Source: an uncultured Pseudomonadota bacterium
GTDB lineage: Bacteria; Pseudomonadota; Alphaproteobacteria; Rhizobiales; Xanthobacteraceae
Direction: 5' to 3'
NCBI GenBank assembly: GCA_963817155.1
Contig: CAWFNO010000012.1
Coordinates: forward strand, 67,814-131,813
Length of the DNA: 64,000 nucleotides
Part shown: positions 13,052 to 26,055 of the stretch, piece after piece
Numbering within the stretch: position 1 is the stretch's first letter
How the letters are laid out: each line of letters starts with the position of its first letter
Program-made: the position numbers and the translations under genes
Notes under the pieces: generated by a model
Databases searched by the model: none
What the model was told of the DNA's origin: nothing
The model's input: only the letters and a program-made list of their open reading frames with translations

Positions 13052-13542
13052 CAGACGTCATCCGTAGGTGGTATTGGGCGGGCGATATCGACGATCGCCT
13101 GCGCGATCACGGTGATGGCTGCGATCCACAGCGCACATTTGATGAGGAAATAACCGGGGTTGTAGGTTTCGGGGAAATTTTCAAGCTCGAGCACAGAGGG
13201 GACAACGAAGCTCTTGCCCGCGATGAGGACAAGCAAGGCCCAGGGCAACAGAGTGAGGCCACCGCCGATGCGCTTGAGCCAGGCACGGCTGCGCGGCCGG
13301 TAATATTGCGCCAGGGTGTCTGCGGCGAGATGCGTGCCGGCGCGCGTCGCCGCGCTGACGCTGATCGCGACAAAGAGCGCGAAGAAAATCTGGCCGAGGT
13401 CGTTAGCCTGCGCCGAATAGGCGTGGACAATGTCGCGCAGCGGCCATTGCAGGAACAAGAACACGATGAGCGGCAGCGCCAGCCATTGCGCGGCGGCGAT
13501 GACGAGACCGATCAGACGATCGAGGCGTTGCAGCGGGGTCAT
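13051..13542 (-). CDS. TRAP transporter small permease (DctQ-like)
   Basis: 163 aa, about 4 TM segments, HLAADTL resembles the DctQ H-x-x-x-D motif; stop overlaps the DctM start. Confidence 0.8.
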   Translation of the reverse strand: MTPLQRLDRLIGLVIAAAQWLALPLIVFLFLQWPLRDIVHAYSAQANDLGQIFFALFVAISVSAATRAGTHLAADTLAQYYRPRSRAWLKRIGGGLTLLPWALLVLIAGKSFVVPSVLELENFPETYNPGYFLIKCALWIAAITVIAQAIVDIARPIPPTDDV

Positions 13543-13578
13543 GGCGGCATGAAGCCTGCAAAAGTCAGGGCATTCACC

Positions 13579-15096
13579 TCATTGCCCGCGTTTGGCCGCG
13601 CTGGCAAATCGGCGCGCTTCTTCCGCCGCGCGGAACAGGGCCTTCGCCTTGTTGATGCATTCCTGCTGCTCGGTTGCCGGATTGCTGTCGGCGACGATGC
13701 CGGCGCCGGCCTGCACATACATCGTGCCGTTTTTGATGAGGGCAGTGCGCAGAACGATGCAGGTGTCCATCTCGCCGGCGGCGGAGAAATAGCCGACCGC
13801 GCCGGCATAGAGCCCGCGCTTTTCCTTCTCTAGTTCGTTGATGATCTCCATCGCGCGCACCTTCGGCGCGCCGGAGACGGTGCCGGCGGGAAATCCGGCA
13901 GCGAGCGCGTCGAGCGCGTCGTACTTGTCGTCGAGCTTCCCTTCGACATTGGAGACGATGTGCATGACGTGGCTGAAACGCTCGACGAAGAATTGATCGG
14001 TGACGGTGACGGTGCCGACGCGGGCGACGCGGCCGACGTCGTTGCGGCCGAGATCGAGCAGCATCAGGTGCTCGGCGCGCTCTTTCGGATCGGCGAGCAG
14101 ATCCTCCTCCAGCGCCTTGTCCTCGTGCGGCGTCGCCCCGCGCGGACGCGTGCCGGCGACCGGGCGGATGGTCACGGTATCGCCGGCAACCTTCACCAGG
14201 ATTTCCGGACTGGAGCCGGCGACGGCGAAGCTGCCGAAGTCGAGGAAGTAAAGATAGGGCGACGGGTTGGTTCGCCGCAGCGCCCGGTAGAGCGAGAACG
14301 GCGGCAACGTGAACGGCGCTTCGAAGCGCTGCGCCAGCACGATCTGGAAGGCATCGCCGGCGGCGATGTAATCGTTGGCCTTGAGCACCATGGTCTTGTA
14401 TTCGGCCGGCGTGGTGTTGGATTGCGGCGGCACCTCGAGCGGGCCGGTGTCGATTTCATGGAGCGCCTTGTCGAGCGGCCGGTCGAGGCTTTCGACGACG
14501 CCGTTGAGGCGCTCGACCGCACGAGCAAGCGCGGCCTTGGCATCGACGTTCTTCTCCGGCCGCACCGGCGTCACGATCGTGATCGAATCCTTCACCGCGT
14601 CGAAGACGACGACGATGGTCGGGCGCAGCATGACGGCGTCGGGAATGCCGACCGGATCGGGATTGGGCTGCGGCAATTCCTCGATCAGCCGCACCATGTC
14701 GTAGCCTAGATAGCCGAATATGCCGGCGGCCATCGGCGGCAAGTTCTCGGGCAGCGCGATGCGGCTTTCCTTGATCAGCGCGCGCAGCGCGGCGAGCGGC
14801 GGCTCGTTGCAGGCCACGAAGGCGTCTAATTTTACGCGCGCCTGGCGGTTGATCTCGGCGCGCTTGCCGTTGGCGCGCCAGATCAGGTCAGGCTCGATGC
14901 CGATGATGGAATGGCGGCCGCGCACCGCGCCGCCTGCCACCAACTCGAGCAGGAAGCTCATCGCCTTGCCGCCGCCGAGCTTGAGAAAGGCCGAGACCGG
15001 CGTCTCCAGGTCGGCGACCAGTGTCGTCCACACGACCTGCGGGTCGCCGCGAGCGTAGGTTTGCGCGAACACATTCTCCGACGGCTCGATCTGCAT
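13579..15096 (-). CDS. trpE: Anthranilate synthase component I
   Basis: ADLETPVSA, GYLGYD, NPSPY, SSPEIL, AGTRPRG, KERAEHLMLLDLGRND, PAGTVSGAPK, QAGAGIVADS. Confidence 0.96.
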   Translation of the reverse strand: MQIEPSENVFAQTYARGDPQVVWTTLVADLETPVSAFLKLGGGKAMSFLLELVAGGAVRGRHSIIGIEPDLIWRANGKRAEINRQARVKLDAFVACNEPPLAALRALIKESRIALPENLPPMAAGIFGYLGYDMVRLIEELPQPNPDPVGIPDAVMLRPTIVVVFDAVKDSITIVTPVRPEKNVDAKAALARAVERLNGVVESLDRPLDKALHEIDTGPLEVPPQSNTTPAEYKTMVLKANDYIAAGDAFQIVLAQRFEAPFTLPPFSLYRALRRTNPSPYLYFLDFGSFAVAGSSPEILVKVAGDTVTIRPVAGTRPRGATPHEDKALEEDLLADPKERAEHLMLLDLGRNDVGRVARVGTVTVTDQFFVERFSHVMHIVSNVEGKLDDKYDALDALAAGFPAGTVSGAPKVRAMEIINELEKEKRGLYAGAVGYFSAAGEMDTCIVLRTALIKNGTMYVQAGAGIVADSNPATEQQECINKAKALFRAAEEARRFASAAKRGQ

Positions 15097-15110
15097 AGTT
15101 CTGCTGGATT

Positions 15111-17021
15111 CTATTGGCCGGGCTTGCCGCCGCCGATGACCTGGTCGAGCGCGGTTTGGTTGAGGGTGACGCCGAGTTCCTTTTCCACGCGCGCGAGATA
15201 TTCGCCGATCATGTCGTCGGAATATGACGCCTGCAGCAAGTCTTCGATCTTCTTTGAATCAGGCGCATTCGCGTCGAGCTTTGGATTGACGATGTCGGTC
15301 ACCGTGAAGATCACGCGCTCATCTGGCTTGGCGCCTTCGGCGGCGCCCGAGGCGCCTTTGACGGCGGAAAACACGGCTTGCAGGGTCTTTGACGAAATCT
15401 GTTCGGTCGGCTTGCGGCGTTGCACGGCTGCGGTTTCCACTTTAAGGCCGGCCTCGGATGCCAGTTGGGCAAGCGTCGATCCAAGTTTGAGCTTGCCCAG
15501 CATGTCGCCGGCCTTGGCTTGCAGGATCCTGGCGACCTCATCGTCATGCCAGCGCGCCGCGACCTGGTCCTTGACCTCGTCGAAGCTGCGCTCGCGCGAC
15601 GGCGTTATGCCGGTGACGTCGTACCAGAGCCAGCCGCCGCCCGGCACTTGCAACGCGTCGTTGTCGACGCCGACATTGGTGGCGAAAGCGGCGGCGACCA
15701 CGTCCGGCGTCTTCGGCAGATCGGCGACGAAGGTGCCGTCGGGCCGGCGGCCCGAGCGATCGACGGCGTCCACGGTGACGGCCTTGAGCCCCAATTTCTT
15801 CGCGGTTTCGGGGAGCGTTGCGCCTGCGGCGCGGTCGTCCTCGATCTTGTCGCGCAGACTTTCCATCTGGCTCTTGGCGCGGCTCTCGGCGATCTCGCGT
15901 TTGACCTGCTGCGCGACCTCGTCATAACTTTTTTGCGTCCCCGGCTCGATCTTGCTGATCAGCAGCAGCACCGCGCCAAATGCGCCCTTGACCGGTTGGC
16001 TCACCTCGCCGGACTTGAGCGCGAAGGCCGTCTCGGCGACCGTCGGATCGATGACGTCGGCCTTGGCAACTGTGCCGAGATCGGTGTCGCTGGGTTTGAG
16101 GCCCCGCTCCTTGGCAAGATCGGCAAAGCTCAAACCCTTGGCGATGCGCTCGCGTGCGGCCGCGGCCGCGCCCATATCCGGGAATACCATCTGGTGCAGT
16201 TCGCGCTTCTCTGGCGTTCCATAGCGATCATTATGCTGCCGGTAATAGGCCTTGGCGACGGAGTCGGAGACCGTGTCCGTCTTGGCGAGCTCGGCCGGCG
16301 TTAGCAGGAGGATTGTCAGTTTGCGGTATTCCGGCGCGCGGAACAGTGTCTTGCGCTCGTCGAAATATTTGCTCAACGTTTCCGGCGGCGGCTGCGCGAT
16401 GTCGCCGGCCTGCGCCGGCCCCAGCGCCACATAGTCGATGTTTCGCGTCTCATTCTGGAATTCGTTGACCGCCGCCATCATCGCAGTGGGCACGCGCAGG
16501 CCGCCGCTGATGGTTTGCGCGATCTGTCGGCGCAGCAGCACGCGGCGTTGCTCGGCGACGTAGCGGCCCTCGCTGAAACCGGCGTTGCGGATCAGGGCGA
16601 TGAAACGATCGTGGTCGAACTTACCACTGGCGCCGCGGAAATTCGGGTCACTCATGATCGTGTTCGCGATGTCGGCATCGGCGAGGCCGAGCCGCCAATT
16701 CTGCGCCTTCTCATCAAACGCGATTTCCGCGACCAATTGCCCAACCAGTTGCCGGTCAAGCCCCAGTCCGCGCGCCTGATCCGGCGAAATCGGCCGGCCA
16801 ATCCGGCGGCTGAACTGTTGCAGCCGCTCGTTATAGAACTGGCGGAATTGTTCAATGGAGATTTCGCTGCCGCCGACCTTGGCCACCGAGTTGAGCCCGA
16901 AGCCGCGAAAAATGTCGCCGATGCCCCAGATGGCGAAGCTGATCACCAGCACACCCATGACGGCGGCCATAATGAGTTTCCCGAGCCAGGAGCCGGAGGC
17001 CTTGTGGATACCGCGGAGCAT
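15111..17021 (-). CDS. ppiD: PpiD/SurA-N-domain membrane-anchored periplasmic chaperone (parvulin-like)
   Basis: N-terminal TM ending SFAIWGIGD, SurA_N-like region, rotamase-like SFADLAK...GEVSQPV; conserved position between trpE and tpiA. Confidence 0.85.
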   Translation of the reverse strand: MLRGIHKASGSWLGKLIMAAVMGVLVISFAIWGIGDIFRGFGLNSVAKVGGSEISIEQFRQFYNERLQQFSRRIGRPISPDQARGLGLDRQLVGQLVAEIAFDEKAQNWRLGLADADIANTIMSDPNFRGASGKFDHDRFIALIRNAGFSEGRYVAEQRRVLLRRQIAQTISGGLRVPTAMMAAVNEFQNETRNIDYVALGPAQAGDIAQPPPETLSKYFDERKTLFRAPEYRKLTILLLTPAELAKTDTVSDSVAKAYYRQHNDRYGTPEKRELHQMVFPDMGAAAAARERIAKGLSFADLAKERGLKPSDTDLGTVAKADVIDPTVAETAFALKSGEVSQPVKGAFGAVLLLISKIEPGTQKSYDEVAQQVKREIAESRAKSQMESLRDKIEDDRAAGATLPETAKKLGLKAVTVDAVDRSGRRPDGTFVADLPKTPDVVAAAFATNVGVDNDALQVPGGGWLWYDVTGITPSRERSFDEVKDQVAARWHDDEVARILQAKAGDMLGKLKLGSTLAQLASEAGLKVETAAVQRRKPTEQISSKTLQAVFSAVKGASGAAEGAKPDERVIFTVTDIVNPKLDANAPDSKKIEDLLQASYSDDMIGEYLARVEKELGVTLNQTALDQVIGGGKPGQ

Positions 17022-17213
17022 GCGCGCGCTTCTTCGTTGGTTTGTTAGCGTTTCGGTTGCGGGGAAGGGTATTGCGGGCCTTGCCAGCCAACGCAAGGGC
17101 AACATAATGATCGACTTAACGCCTTGCAACTCAAGCAGGATCGCGCGCGCGCGGCAGCCTCTGGCGTTTCAGGAAAGGCTCTGATAACGGCTCGCGCGAG
17201 GGAACGAAAGATC

Positions 17214-17972
17214 ATGGCCGCGCCGCAACCCCGCCCGCTGGTGGCGGGAAACTGGAAAATGCACGGGCTCACCGCCTCGGCCAGCGAACTCGCCCGCATC
17301 GTGGCTGGCGCCGTGCCACTCGCGGGCAAAGCCGATCTGATGATCTGTCCGCCGGCGACGCTGATTGCGAATTTTGCCGCTGCCGTGAGTGGCTCGCCGG
17401 TCATGATCGGCGGGCAGGACTGCCATGCGGACGCTTCCGGCGCTCATACCGGCGATATCGCCGCAGAAATGCTCAAGGATGCCGGCGCGGTCACTGTGAT
17501 CGTCGGCCACTCGGAGCGGCGCACCGACCACCATGAGACGGACGCCCTAGTGCGCGCCAAGGCGCTGGCTGCGCGGCGGGCGGGGCTCACTGCCATCGTC
17601 TGCATTGGCGAGCAGCGCGCCGAGCGCGAGGCCGGGAAGACGCTTGACGTGATCGGCCGCCAGCTTGACGGTTCGCTGCCCGATGGCGCGACTGGCACCG
17701 ACCTCGTGGTCGCCTACGAGCCGGTCTGGGCGATCGGCACAGGGCTCACTCCCACGCCCGCCGATGTGGCGGAGGCGCATGGATTCATCCGCAAGAGTAT
17801 CACCGCGCGTTTTGGCGCAGCGGGCGCGGGCGTTCGCATCCTCTATGGCGGTTCGGTCAAGCCGGCCAATGCCGCGGCACTGCTGACGGTCGGCGAGGTC
17901 AACGGCGCACTGATCGGTGGGGCCAGCCTGAAAGCGGCCGATTTCCTCGCCATTGCAGATGTTTTCCGCTAA
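17214..17972 (+). CDS. tpiA: Triosephosphate isomerase
   Basis: [33 protein letters not shown]. Confidence 0.97.
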   Translation: MAAPQPRPLVAGNWKMHGLTASASELARIVAGAVPLAGKADLMICPPATLIANFAAAVSGSPVMIGGQDCHADASGAHTGDIAAEMLKDAGAVTVIVGHSERRTDHHETDALVRAKALAARRAGLTAIVCIGEQRAEREAGKTLDVIGRQLDGSLPDGATGTDLVVAYEPVWAIGTGLTPTPADVAEAHGFIRKSITARFGAAGAGVRILYGGSVKPANAAALLTVGEVNGALIGGASLKAADFLAIADVFR

Positions 17973-18095
17973 CACCCACGAGGGTGGAAAAACCCAAAAC
18001 TATCGTGTAGAGACCGCGGCGAATTCCTATATCAGCGTCGTGCGCCGCCTGGGCGGAGAGCCTGGCGTGGTGGAGTTTGGATAGAAGTTGGCCTG

Positions 18096-18500
18096 ATGCA
18101 GCAAGCCGTTATCGTCATCCACCTGATGCTGGTGCTCGCGCTGATCGGCGTGGTGCTCCTGCAGCGCTCCGAGGGCGGCGGCCTCGGAATCGGCTCATCC
18201 GGCGGCTTCATGACCAGCCGCGGCACCGCCAATGTGCTCACCCGCGCCACCGCGGTATTGGCCGCGCTGTTCTTCGCCACCAGCCTTATCCTGTCGATCC
18301 TCGCCGGTTACAACCGCAAGCCGACCTCGATCCTCGGCGGCAGTTCTGGCGCGCAGACGCAAAGTGCTCCAAGTGTGCCCGGGCCGCTGAGCACGCCGGG
18401 TGATGGCGGTTTGCTCAAACAGCTGCAGCAGGGTGCGCCTTCGGCGCCGCCGACGAGCCCGCTGGCGCCGAGCGTGCCGCAGGTGCCGCTGTCGAAGTGA
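18096..18500 (+). CDS. secG: Preprotein translocase subunit SecG
   Basis: VLLQRSEGGGLG, LTRAT, two TM helices; lies between tpiA and pyrG. Confidence 0.93.
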   Translation: MQQAVIVIHLMLVLALIGVVLLQRSEGGGLGIGSSGGFMTSRGTANVLTRATAVLAALFFATSLILSILAGYNRKPTSILGGSSGAQTQSAPSVPGPLSTPGDGGLLKQLQQGAPSAPPTSPLAPSVPQVPLSK

Positions 18501-18507
18501 TACCTAC

Positions 18508-18531
18508 GAAGGGCCGGGAAACCGGCCCTTC
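18508..18531 (+). terminator. GC-rich hairpin after secG (possible terminator or stabiliser)
   Basis: GAAGGGCCGG-GAAA-CCGGCCCTTC: perfect 10-bp stem with a GNRA loop, 7 nt after the stop; no U-tract. Confidence 0.5.
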
Positions 18532-18657
18532 CGCGTTAGAGAGGAGCGTGAAGACGGTAATGGAACTCTTTGTTGGCTTGAGGCTTTTTCGAACTACGCA
18601 CAGGCGCAGACTAGCTTGTCGGTTTTCGCGCTCGTCGAATCAATTCGCGGGGATTAA

Positions 18658-20298
<1,641 letters not shown>

Positions 20299-20350
20299 CC
20301 GCGCGCCCTCCGTCGGCTATAATTAAAATCCAACAATCGGGGGAACGCTC

Positions 20351-20677
20351 ATGGTCTATGAGTTGCGCATCTATCACTGCGTGCCGGGGCGGCTGCCGGC
20401 GCTGATCAAGCGCTTCGATACCATCACGCTGGCGCTATGGAAGAAGCATGGCATTCACCAGGCCGGCTTCTTGACGACCCTGATCAGCAAGTCCAACCAG
20501 GAGCTCCACTACATGCTGGCTTGGGAGTCGCTCGCCGAACGCGAGCAGAAGTGGAACGCGTTCATGAGCGATCTGGAATGGATCAGCAAGCGTGCGGAGA
20601 CGGAGAAGGATGGGCCGATCATCGCGACGCTGAGCAGCCAGATCCTGCAGTCGACGTCGTTTCCGGCCGTGAAGTGA
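20351..20677 (+). CDS. NIPSNAP family protein
   Basis: MVYELRIYHCVPGRLP...WESLAEREQKW pattern, 108 aa. Confidence 0.85.
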   Translation: MVYELRIYHCVPGRLPALIKRFDTITLALWKKHGIHQAGFLTTLISKSNQELHYMLAWESLAEREQKWNAFMSDLEWISKRAETEKDGPIIATLSSQILQSTSFPAVK

Positions 20678-20687
20678 CCGTCGCGCC

Positions 20688-21563
20688 GTGGCCCGCGGCA
20701 TCGACCATATCGTCCACGCTGTGCGCGATTTCAACTCGGCGGCGGCGCTCTATCGAGGCCTTGGCTTCACAGTTGGCGCGGCCAACATTCACCCGCGCGC
20801 CTGGGCCACCAAAAATCGGATCATCCAATTTCCCGGCGTCTTCATCGAATTGTTGGCGCTGACCGACGCCGATGCGGCCGCGCCACATGCGCCGCGCAGT
20901 TTTTCTTTCGGCGCCTTTAACCACGATTTCCTCGCGCGCGGCGAAGGGCTCTCGATGCTCGTGCTCGAAGGCAAAGGTGCAGCCGACGCAACCGACTTTC
21001 GTAATCGCGGCATCGGCGATTTCGATTTGTACAATTTCGAACGCGAGGGAAAGCGGCCCGACGGCACTCCGGTGAAGGTCGCGTTTTCGCTCGCTTTCGC
21101 GCGCGACGCCGCGGCGCCCGATACAGGTTTTTTCACCTGCCAGCAGCATTATCCGAAAAATTTCTGGAACCCGGCGTTTCAGAAGCACGCCAACAGCGTC
21201 ACAGGCGTTGCCGGCGTGGTGCTGGTGGCCGATGAACCGGCCCGACATCGGCCTTTTCTGTTGGCTTTTACCGGCGCATCCGAAGCCGTGGACGCGGATG
21301 CCGGCTTTGTCATCGTGACCCCGCGCGGCGTGGTCGATGTGACTACGCCGGCCGCATTTATCAAACGCTATGGTGTCGCGGCGCCCGGCGCCGCACACGG
21401 TGCGTGGCTGGCGGCCGTCCGTTTCATCGCGGCTGACGCAAGTCTGCCGCAAAGCGCGCGTGAACTCGCCGGGATCGCGGGTCTTTACGCCGGCAATCCC
21501 ACGGTGATCGGTGCGGACGATGCTATGGGCGCGGTGCTGGTGTTCGAGCAGGCCACCGGTTGA
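20688..21563 (+). CDS. VOC (glyoxalase-like) family protein
   Basis: GIDHIVHAV...LGFTV...H..W.T.N...IELL pattern. Confidence 0.8.
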   Translation: MARGIDHIVHAVRDFNSAAALYRGLGFTVGAANIHPRAWATKNRIIQFPGVFIELLALTDADAAAPHAPRSFSFGAFNHDFLARGEGLSMLVLEGKGAADATDFRNRGIGDFDLYNFEREGKRPDGTPVKVAFSLAFARDAAAPDTGFFTCQQHYPKNFWNPAFQKHANSVTGVAGVVLVADEPARHRPFLLAFTGASEAVDADAGFVIVTPRGVVDVTTPAAFIKRYGVAAPGAAHGAWLAAVRFIAADASLPQSARELAGIAGLYAGNPTVIGADDAMGAVLVFEQATG

Positions 21564-21612
21564 CCGCGCCGCGCCGCCGTTTCATGGTCGCGGCCGCGAG
21601 GGAAAAAGCATC

Positions 21613-22452
21613 TTGAGCAAAGGCCAGACACCCAACGCTGTCGTCGCCGTCGGCGCTGTGCGCTTCGGCAATGAATTGCCACTGGCGCTGATCGCTGGTC
21701 CGTGCGCGCTTGAGAGCAAAGCGCACGCGCTGGAGATGGCGGCAGCGCTGAAAGAGATCGCCGGCCGCGCAGGCGTCGGTCTCGTTTACAAGACAAGTTT
21801 CGACAAGGCCAACCGCACTTCTGCATCGAGCGCACGTGGCCTTGGGCTCGACGCGGCGTTGCCGGTCTTCGCCGAGATTCGCGGTAGCCTGAACATTCCC
21901 GTGCTCACCGACGTGCACGAAGCAGGGCAATGTGCGCGCGTGGCGCAGGCGGTGGACATATTGCAAATCCCCGCGTTTCTCTCGCGGCAGACCGATCTGC
22001 TCATCGCGGCGGCGAAAACCGGCAAGGTAATCAATGTCAAAAAAGGACAGTTCCTGGCGCCGTGGGACATGAAGAAGGTCGTCGAGAAAATCACCGGCGC
22101 CGGTAACGCCGATGTGCTGGTGACCGAGCGCGGCGTGTCGTTCGGCTACAACACGCTGATCTCTGACATGCGCGCGCTGCCGATCCTCAAGCGGTTCGGT
22201 GCGCCGGTCATCTTCGACGCGACACATTCTGTGCAGCAGCCGGGTGGGCAGGGCGATAAATCCGGCGGCGAGCGCGAATTCGTGCCGCTGCTGGCGCGCG
22301 CCGCGGCCGCGGTCGGCGTCGCCGGCGTGTTCATCGAGACACATCAGGACCCGGACAAGGCGCCCTCCGACGGACCCAACATGCTGCCGCTTAAGGACAT
22401 GGAGCCGCTGCTCAAACAGCTCGTCGAATTCGACAGGCTCGCCAAGCGCTGA
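21613..22452 (+). CDS. kdsA: KDO 8-phosphate synthase
   Basis: AGPCALES, FDKANRTS, QIPAFLSRQTD, KKGQF, DATHSVQQPG, SDGP; TTG start inferred. Confidence 0.96.
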   Translation: MSKGQTPNAVVAVGAVRFGNELPLALIAGPCALESKAHALEMAAALKEIAGRAGVGLVYKTSFDKANRTSASSARGLGLDAALPVFAEIRGSLNIPVLTDVHEAGQCARVAQAVDILQIPAFLSRQTDLLIAAAKTGKVINVKKGQFLAPWDMKKVVEKITGAGNADVLVTERGVSFGYNTLISDMRALPILKRFGAPVIFDATHSVQQPGGQGDKSGGEREFVPLLARAAAAVGVAGVFIETHQDPDKAPSDGPNMLPLKDMEPLLKQLVEFDRLAKR

Positions 22453-22474
22453 CCCATATGCACTGAACAGTTTC

Positions 22475-23641
22475 ATGAACCGTACGCTCAATCTTTTGGC
22501 GTTCGTCACGTTCGTCAGCGCGCTGTTTATTCGCTCAACCGATCCGGTGGTGCCGCAGATCGCCGCGGGCCTTGGCGTCGAACCGGCAACCGCGGCGCTG
22601 CTGTCGTCGGTTTTCACGCTGCCTTACGCACTGGTGCAGCCGCTGCTCGGCGCGCTCGCCGATACGTTCAACAAGGCGCGGCTGATGCTGCTCTGCCTCA
22701 CCGTCGTCACTGCGGCGACGATCGCCTGCGCTTTCGCACCGAGCTTTGAACTTCTGTTTGCCGGCCGCGTCGTCGCTGGGCTCGCCGCGGGCGGCGTGGT
22801 GCCGATTTCCTTCGCGTTGGTCGGCGACATGATCCCGGTGCGCGAACGTCAGGTGGCAATGAGCCGGTTGTTGTTTGCCATCATGACCGGAAATCTTCTC
22901 GGCGCCACTTGCGCCGGCGTGGTCGGTGATCTCGTCGGCTGGCGCGGCGTGTTTTTCGTCACCGGCCTGCTTGGCTGCATCGTGGTTGTGGCCGCGGTGC
23001 CCAGATTGCGCGGCGACGCGCATAAATCCGCCGGCCGCTTCGATCTGTCCAACCTTGTGCCCAACTACCGAACGATCTTCCGCAATCCGCAGGCGAAGTT
23101 CTGCTTTGGCACCGTGTTCCTCGAAGCCGCATTTATGTACGGCGTCTTTCCCTACATCGCCACCATGCTGCATGAAGCAGGCGAGACGCGCGCCTCGATT
23201 GCCGGCATCGTGATTGGCGGCTTCGGCGTCGGCGGCGCGCTATACGCTTTGTCTGTGTCGCAACTGCTGCGGCATCTCGGTGAAACCTGGATGATGCGCG
23301 CCGGCGGAACCGTGATGAGCCTTTGCCTCGTGGTAATCGCCCTGCGTGTGCCGTGGCCGGCGCAGTTGACCGATTTCATTTGCCTCGGCTTCGGCTTCTA
23401 CATGTTGCACGCCGTCATCCAGATTTACGCCAGCGAGCTCGCGCCCACCGCGCGCGGCTCGGCGATGGCGCTGCATTCGTTCTTCTTTTTTCTCGGACAG
23501 GCGGTAGGCCCCGCCATCTACGGCGTGGGTCTCAATAGCATCGGGCTCGACGCGGTGATGTATGTCGGCGCCGTCGTTCTGTTCGGCACGGGTCTTGTCT
23601 GCGCGCAAAGGCTGCGGCGCCCGGCGGAGACGAGCGCGTGA
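22475..23641 (+). CDS. MFS transporter
   Basis: About 12 hydrophobic segments; GALADTFNK motif-A-like and GWRGVF. Confidence 0.85.
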   Translation: MNRTLNLLAFVTFVSALFIRSTDPVVPQIAAGLGVEPATAALLSSVFTLPYALVQPLLGALADTFNKARLMLLCLTVVTAATIACAFAPSFELLFAGRVVAGLAAGGVVPISFALVGDMIPVRERQVAMSRLLFAIMTGNLLGATCAGVVGDLVGWRGVFFVTGLLGCIVVVAAVPRLRGDAHKSAGRFDLSNLVPNYRTIFRNPQAKFCFGTVFLEAAFMYGVFPYIATMLHEAGETRASIAGIVIGGFGVGGALYALSVSQLLRHLGETWMMRAGGTVMSLCLVVIALRVPWPAQLTDFICLGFGFYMLHAVIQIYASELAPTARGSAMALHSFFFFLGQAVGPAIYGVGLNSIGLDAVMYVGAVVLFGTGLVCAQRLRRPAETSA

Positions 23642-23695
23642 TCTCGAAAAGTGGGAACCGGTTTGCCGAAAGATCACACGCCAATTAAAATTCTA
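23634..23695. repeat. Rhizobial palindromic intergenic repeat (RIME/Bru-RS-like)
   Basis: GTGATCT-CGAAAAGTGGGAACCGGTTTGCCGAA-AGATCAC inverted arms around an AAAAGTGGnAnCCGGTTT core, recalled as a common Hyphomicrobiales dispersed repeat. Fills the gap between convergent stop codons. Confidence 0.55.
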
Positions 23696-24145
23696 GCCGC
23701 GCCCGCGATAGGGCGCGACGCCCTGATCCGGCACCCAGACGCCGACCGGCAATCGGCCCTTCTGCCAGAACACGTCGATCGGCATGCCGCCGCGCGGATA
23801 CCAATAGCCGCCGATGCGCAGCCATTTCGGCTGCAGCAGTGTAAAGAGCCGCTTGCCGATGGCGACGGTGCAGTCCTCGTGGAAATTGCCGTAGTTGCGG
23901 AAGCTGATGAGGTAAAGCTTGAGCGATTTCGACTCGACAAGGTATCGTCCCGGCACATAGTCGATCACCAGGTGCGCGAAATCCGGCTGGCCGGTAATGG
24001 GACAAAGGGTGGTAAATTCCGGCGCGGTAAAGCGCCCCACATAATCCGTATCGCGATGCGGATTAGCCACGCGGTCGAGCACCGCCTCCTTGGGAGAGGC
24101 CGGGATGCGCGTGGGGCGGCCGAGTTGCAGCGCTTTCTTTGCCAT
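23693..24145 (-). CDS. queF: NADPH-dependent preQ0 reductase
   Basis: [31 protein letters not shown]. Confidence 0.95.
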   Translation of the reverse strand: MAKKALQLGRPTRIPASPKEAVLDRVANPHRDTDYVGRFTAPEFTTLCPITGQPDFAHLVIDYVPGRYLVESKSLKLYLISFRNYGNFHEDCTVAIGKRLFTLLQPKWLRIGGYWYPRGGMPIDVFWQKGRLPVGVWVPDQGVAPYRGRG

Positions 24146-24201
24146 AAGTGAAGTATTGGCCCGCTTTCTGAGGACATGACAAGACCCATCGCGGCCTGTA
24201 A

Positions 24202-25515
<1,314 letters not shown>

Positions 25516-25586
25516 CGGCACGGGGCGGCTTATCATCTAACCGGCGCGACGGCGCATTTCTGCGCCGCGCGGACGAGGTGACGCCA

Positions 25587-25991
25587 ATGCCTGACAATGG
25601 ATTGATCACGCAGCAAAGCACGCATGGTGTTTCGACCACGCTTGAGCGGTTCGTTACGGCGCTTGAGGAAAGAGACGTGACGATTTTCATGCGCATCGAT
25701 CACGCAGCCGGCGCCACGAGCGTCGACCGCAAGCTGCGGCCGACGACGCTCGTTATCTTCGGCAGCTCCGACGAGGGTACGGCCTTGATGCAGGCCAAGC
25801 AGAGCGCGGGGATCTGCCTGCCGCTGAAAGCGCTGGTGTGGGAGGACGCGGACGGTTCGGTCAAGCTAACCTATAACGACCCGGCCTGGATCGCGACCTG
25901 GCACGGTCTCAGCCACGACGCCGATCTCGCCGTGGTGGGCATGACGGCTGTGCTCGGCGCCCTGGCACGGCATGCAACGAGTGGTGCGTGA
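25587..25991 (+). CDS. DUF302 family protein
   Basis: RIDHAAGA...LRPTTLVIFG...LPLKALVWED...YNDP pattern. Confidence 0.8.
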   Translation: MPDNGLITQQSTHGVSTTLERFVTALEERDVTIFMRIDHAAGATSVDRKLRPTTLVIFGSSDEGTALMQAKQSAGICLPLKALVWEDADGSVKLTYNDPAWIATWHGLSHDADLAVVGMTAVLGALARHATSGA

Positions 25992-26055
25992 CGGACGCTT
26001 GCCTTGACTGTAAACTCGCCACAAATTGCCGAAACACGACAAACTTGAATTGCCG

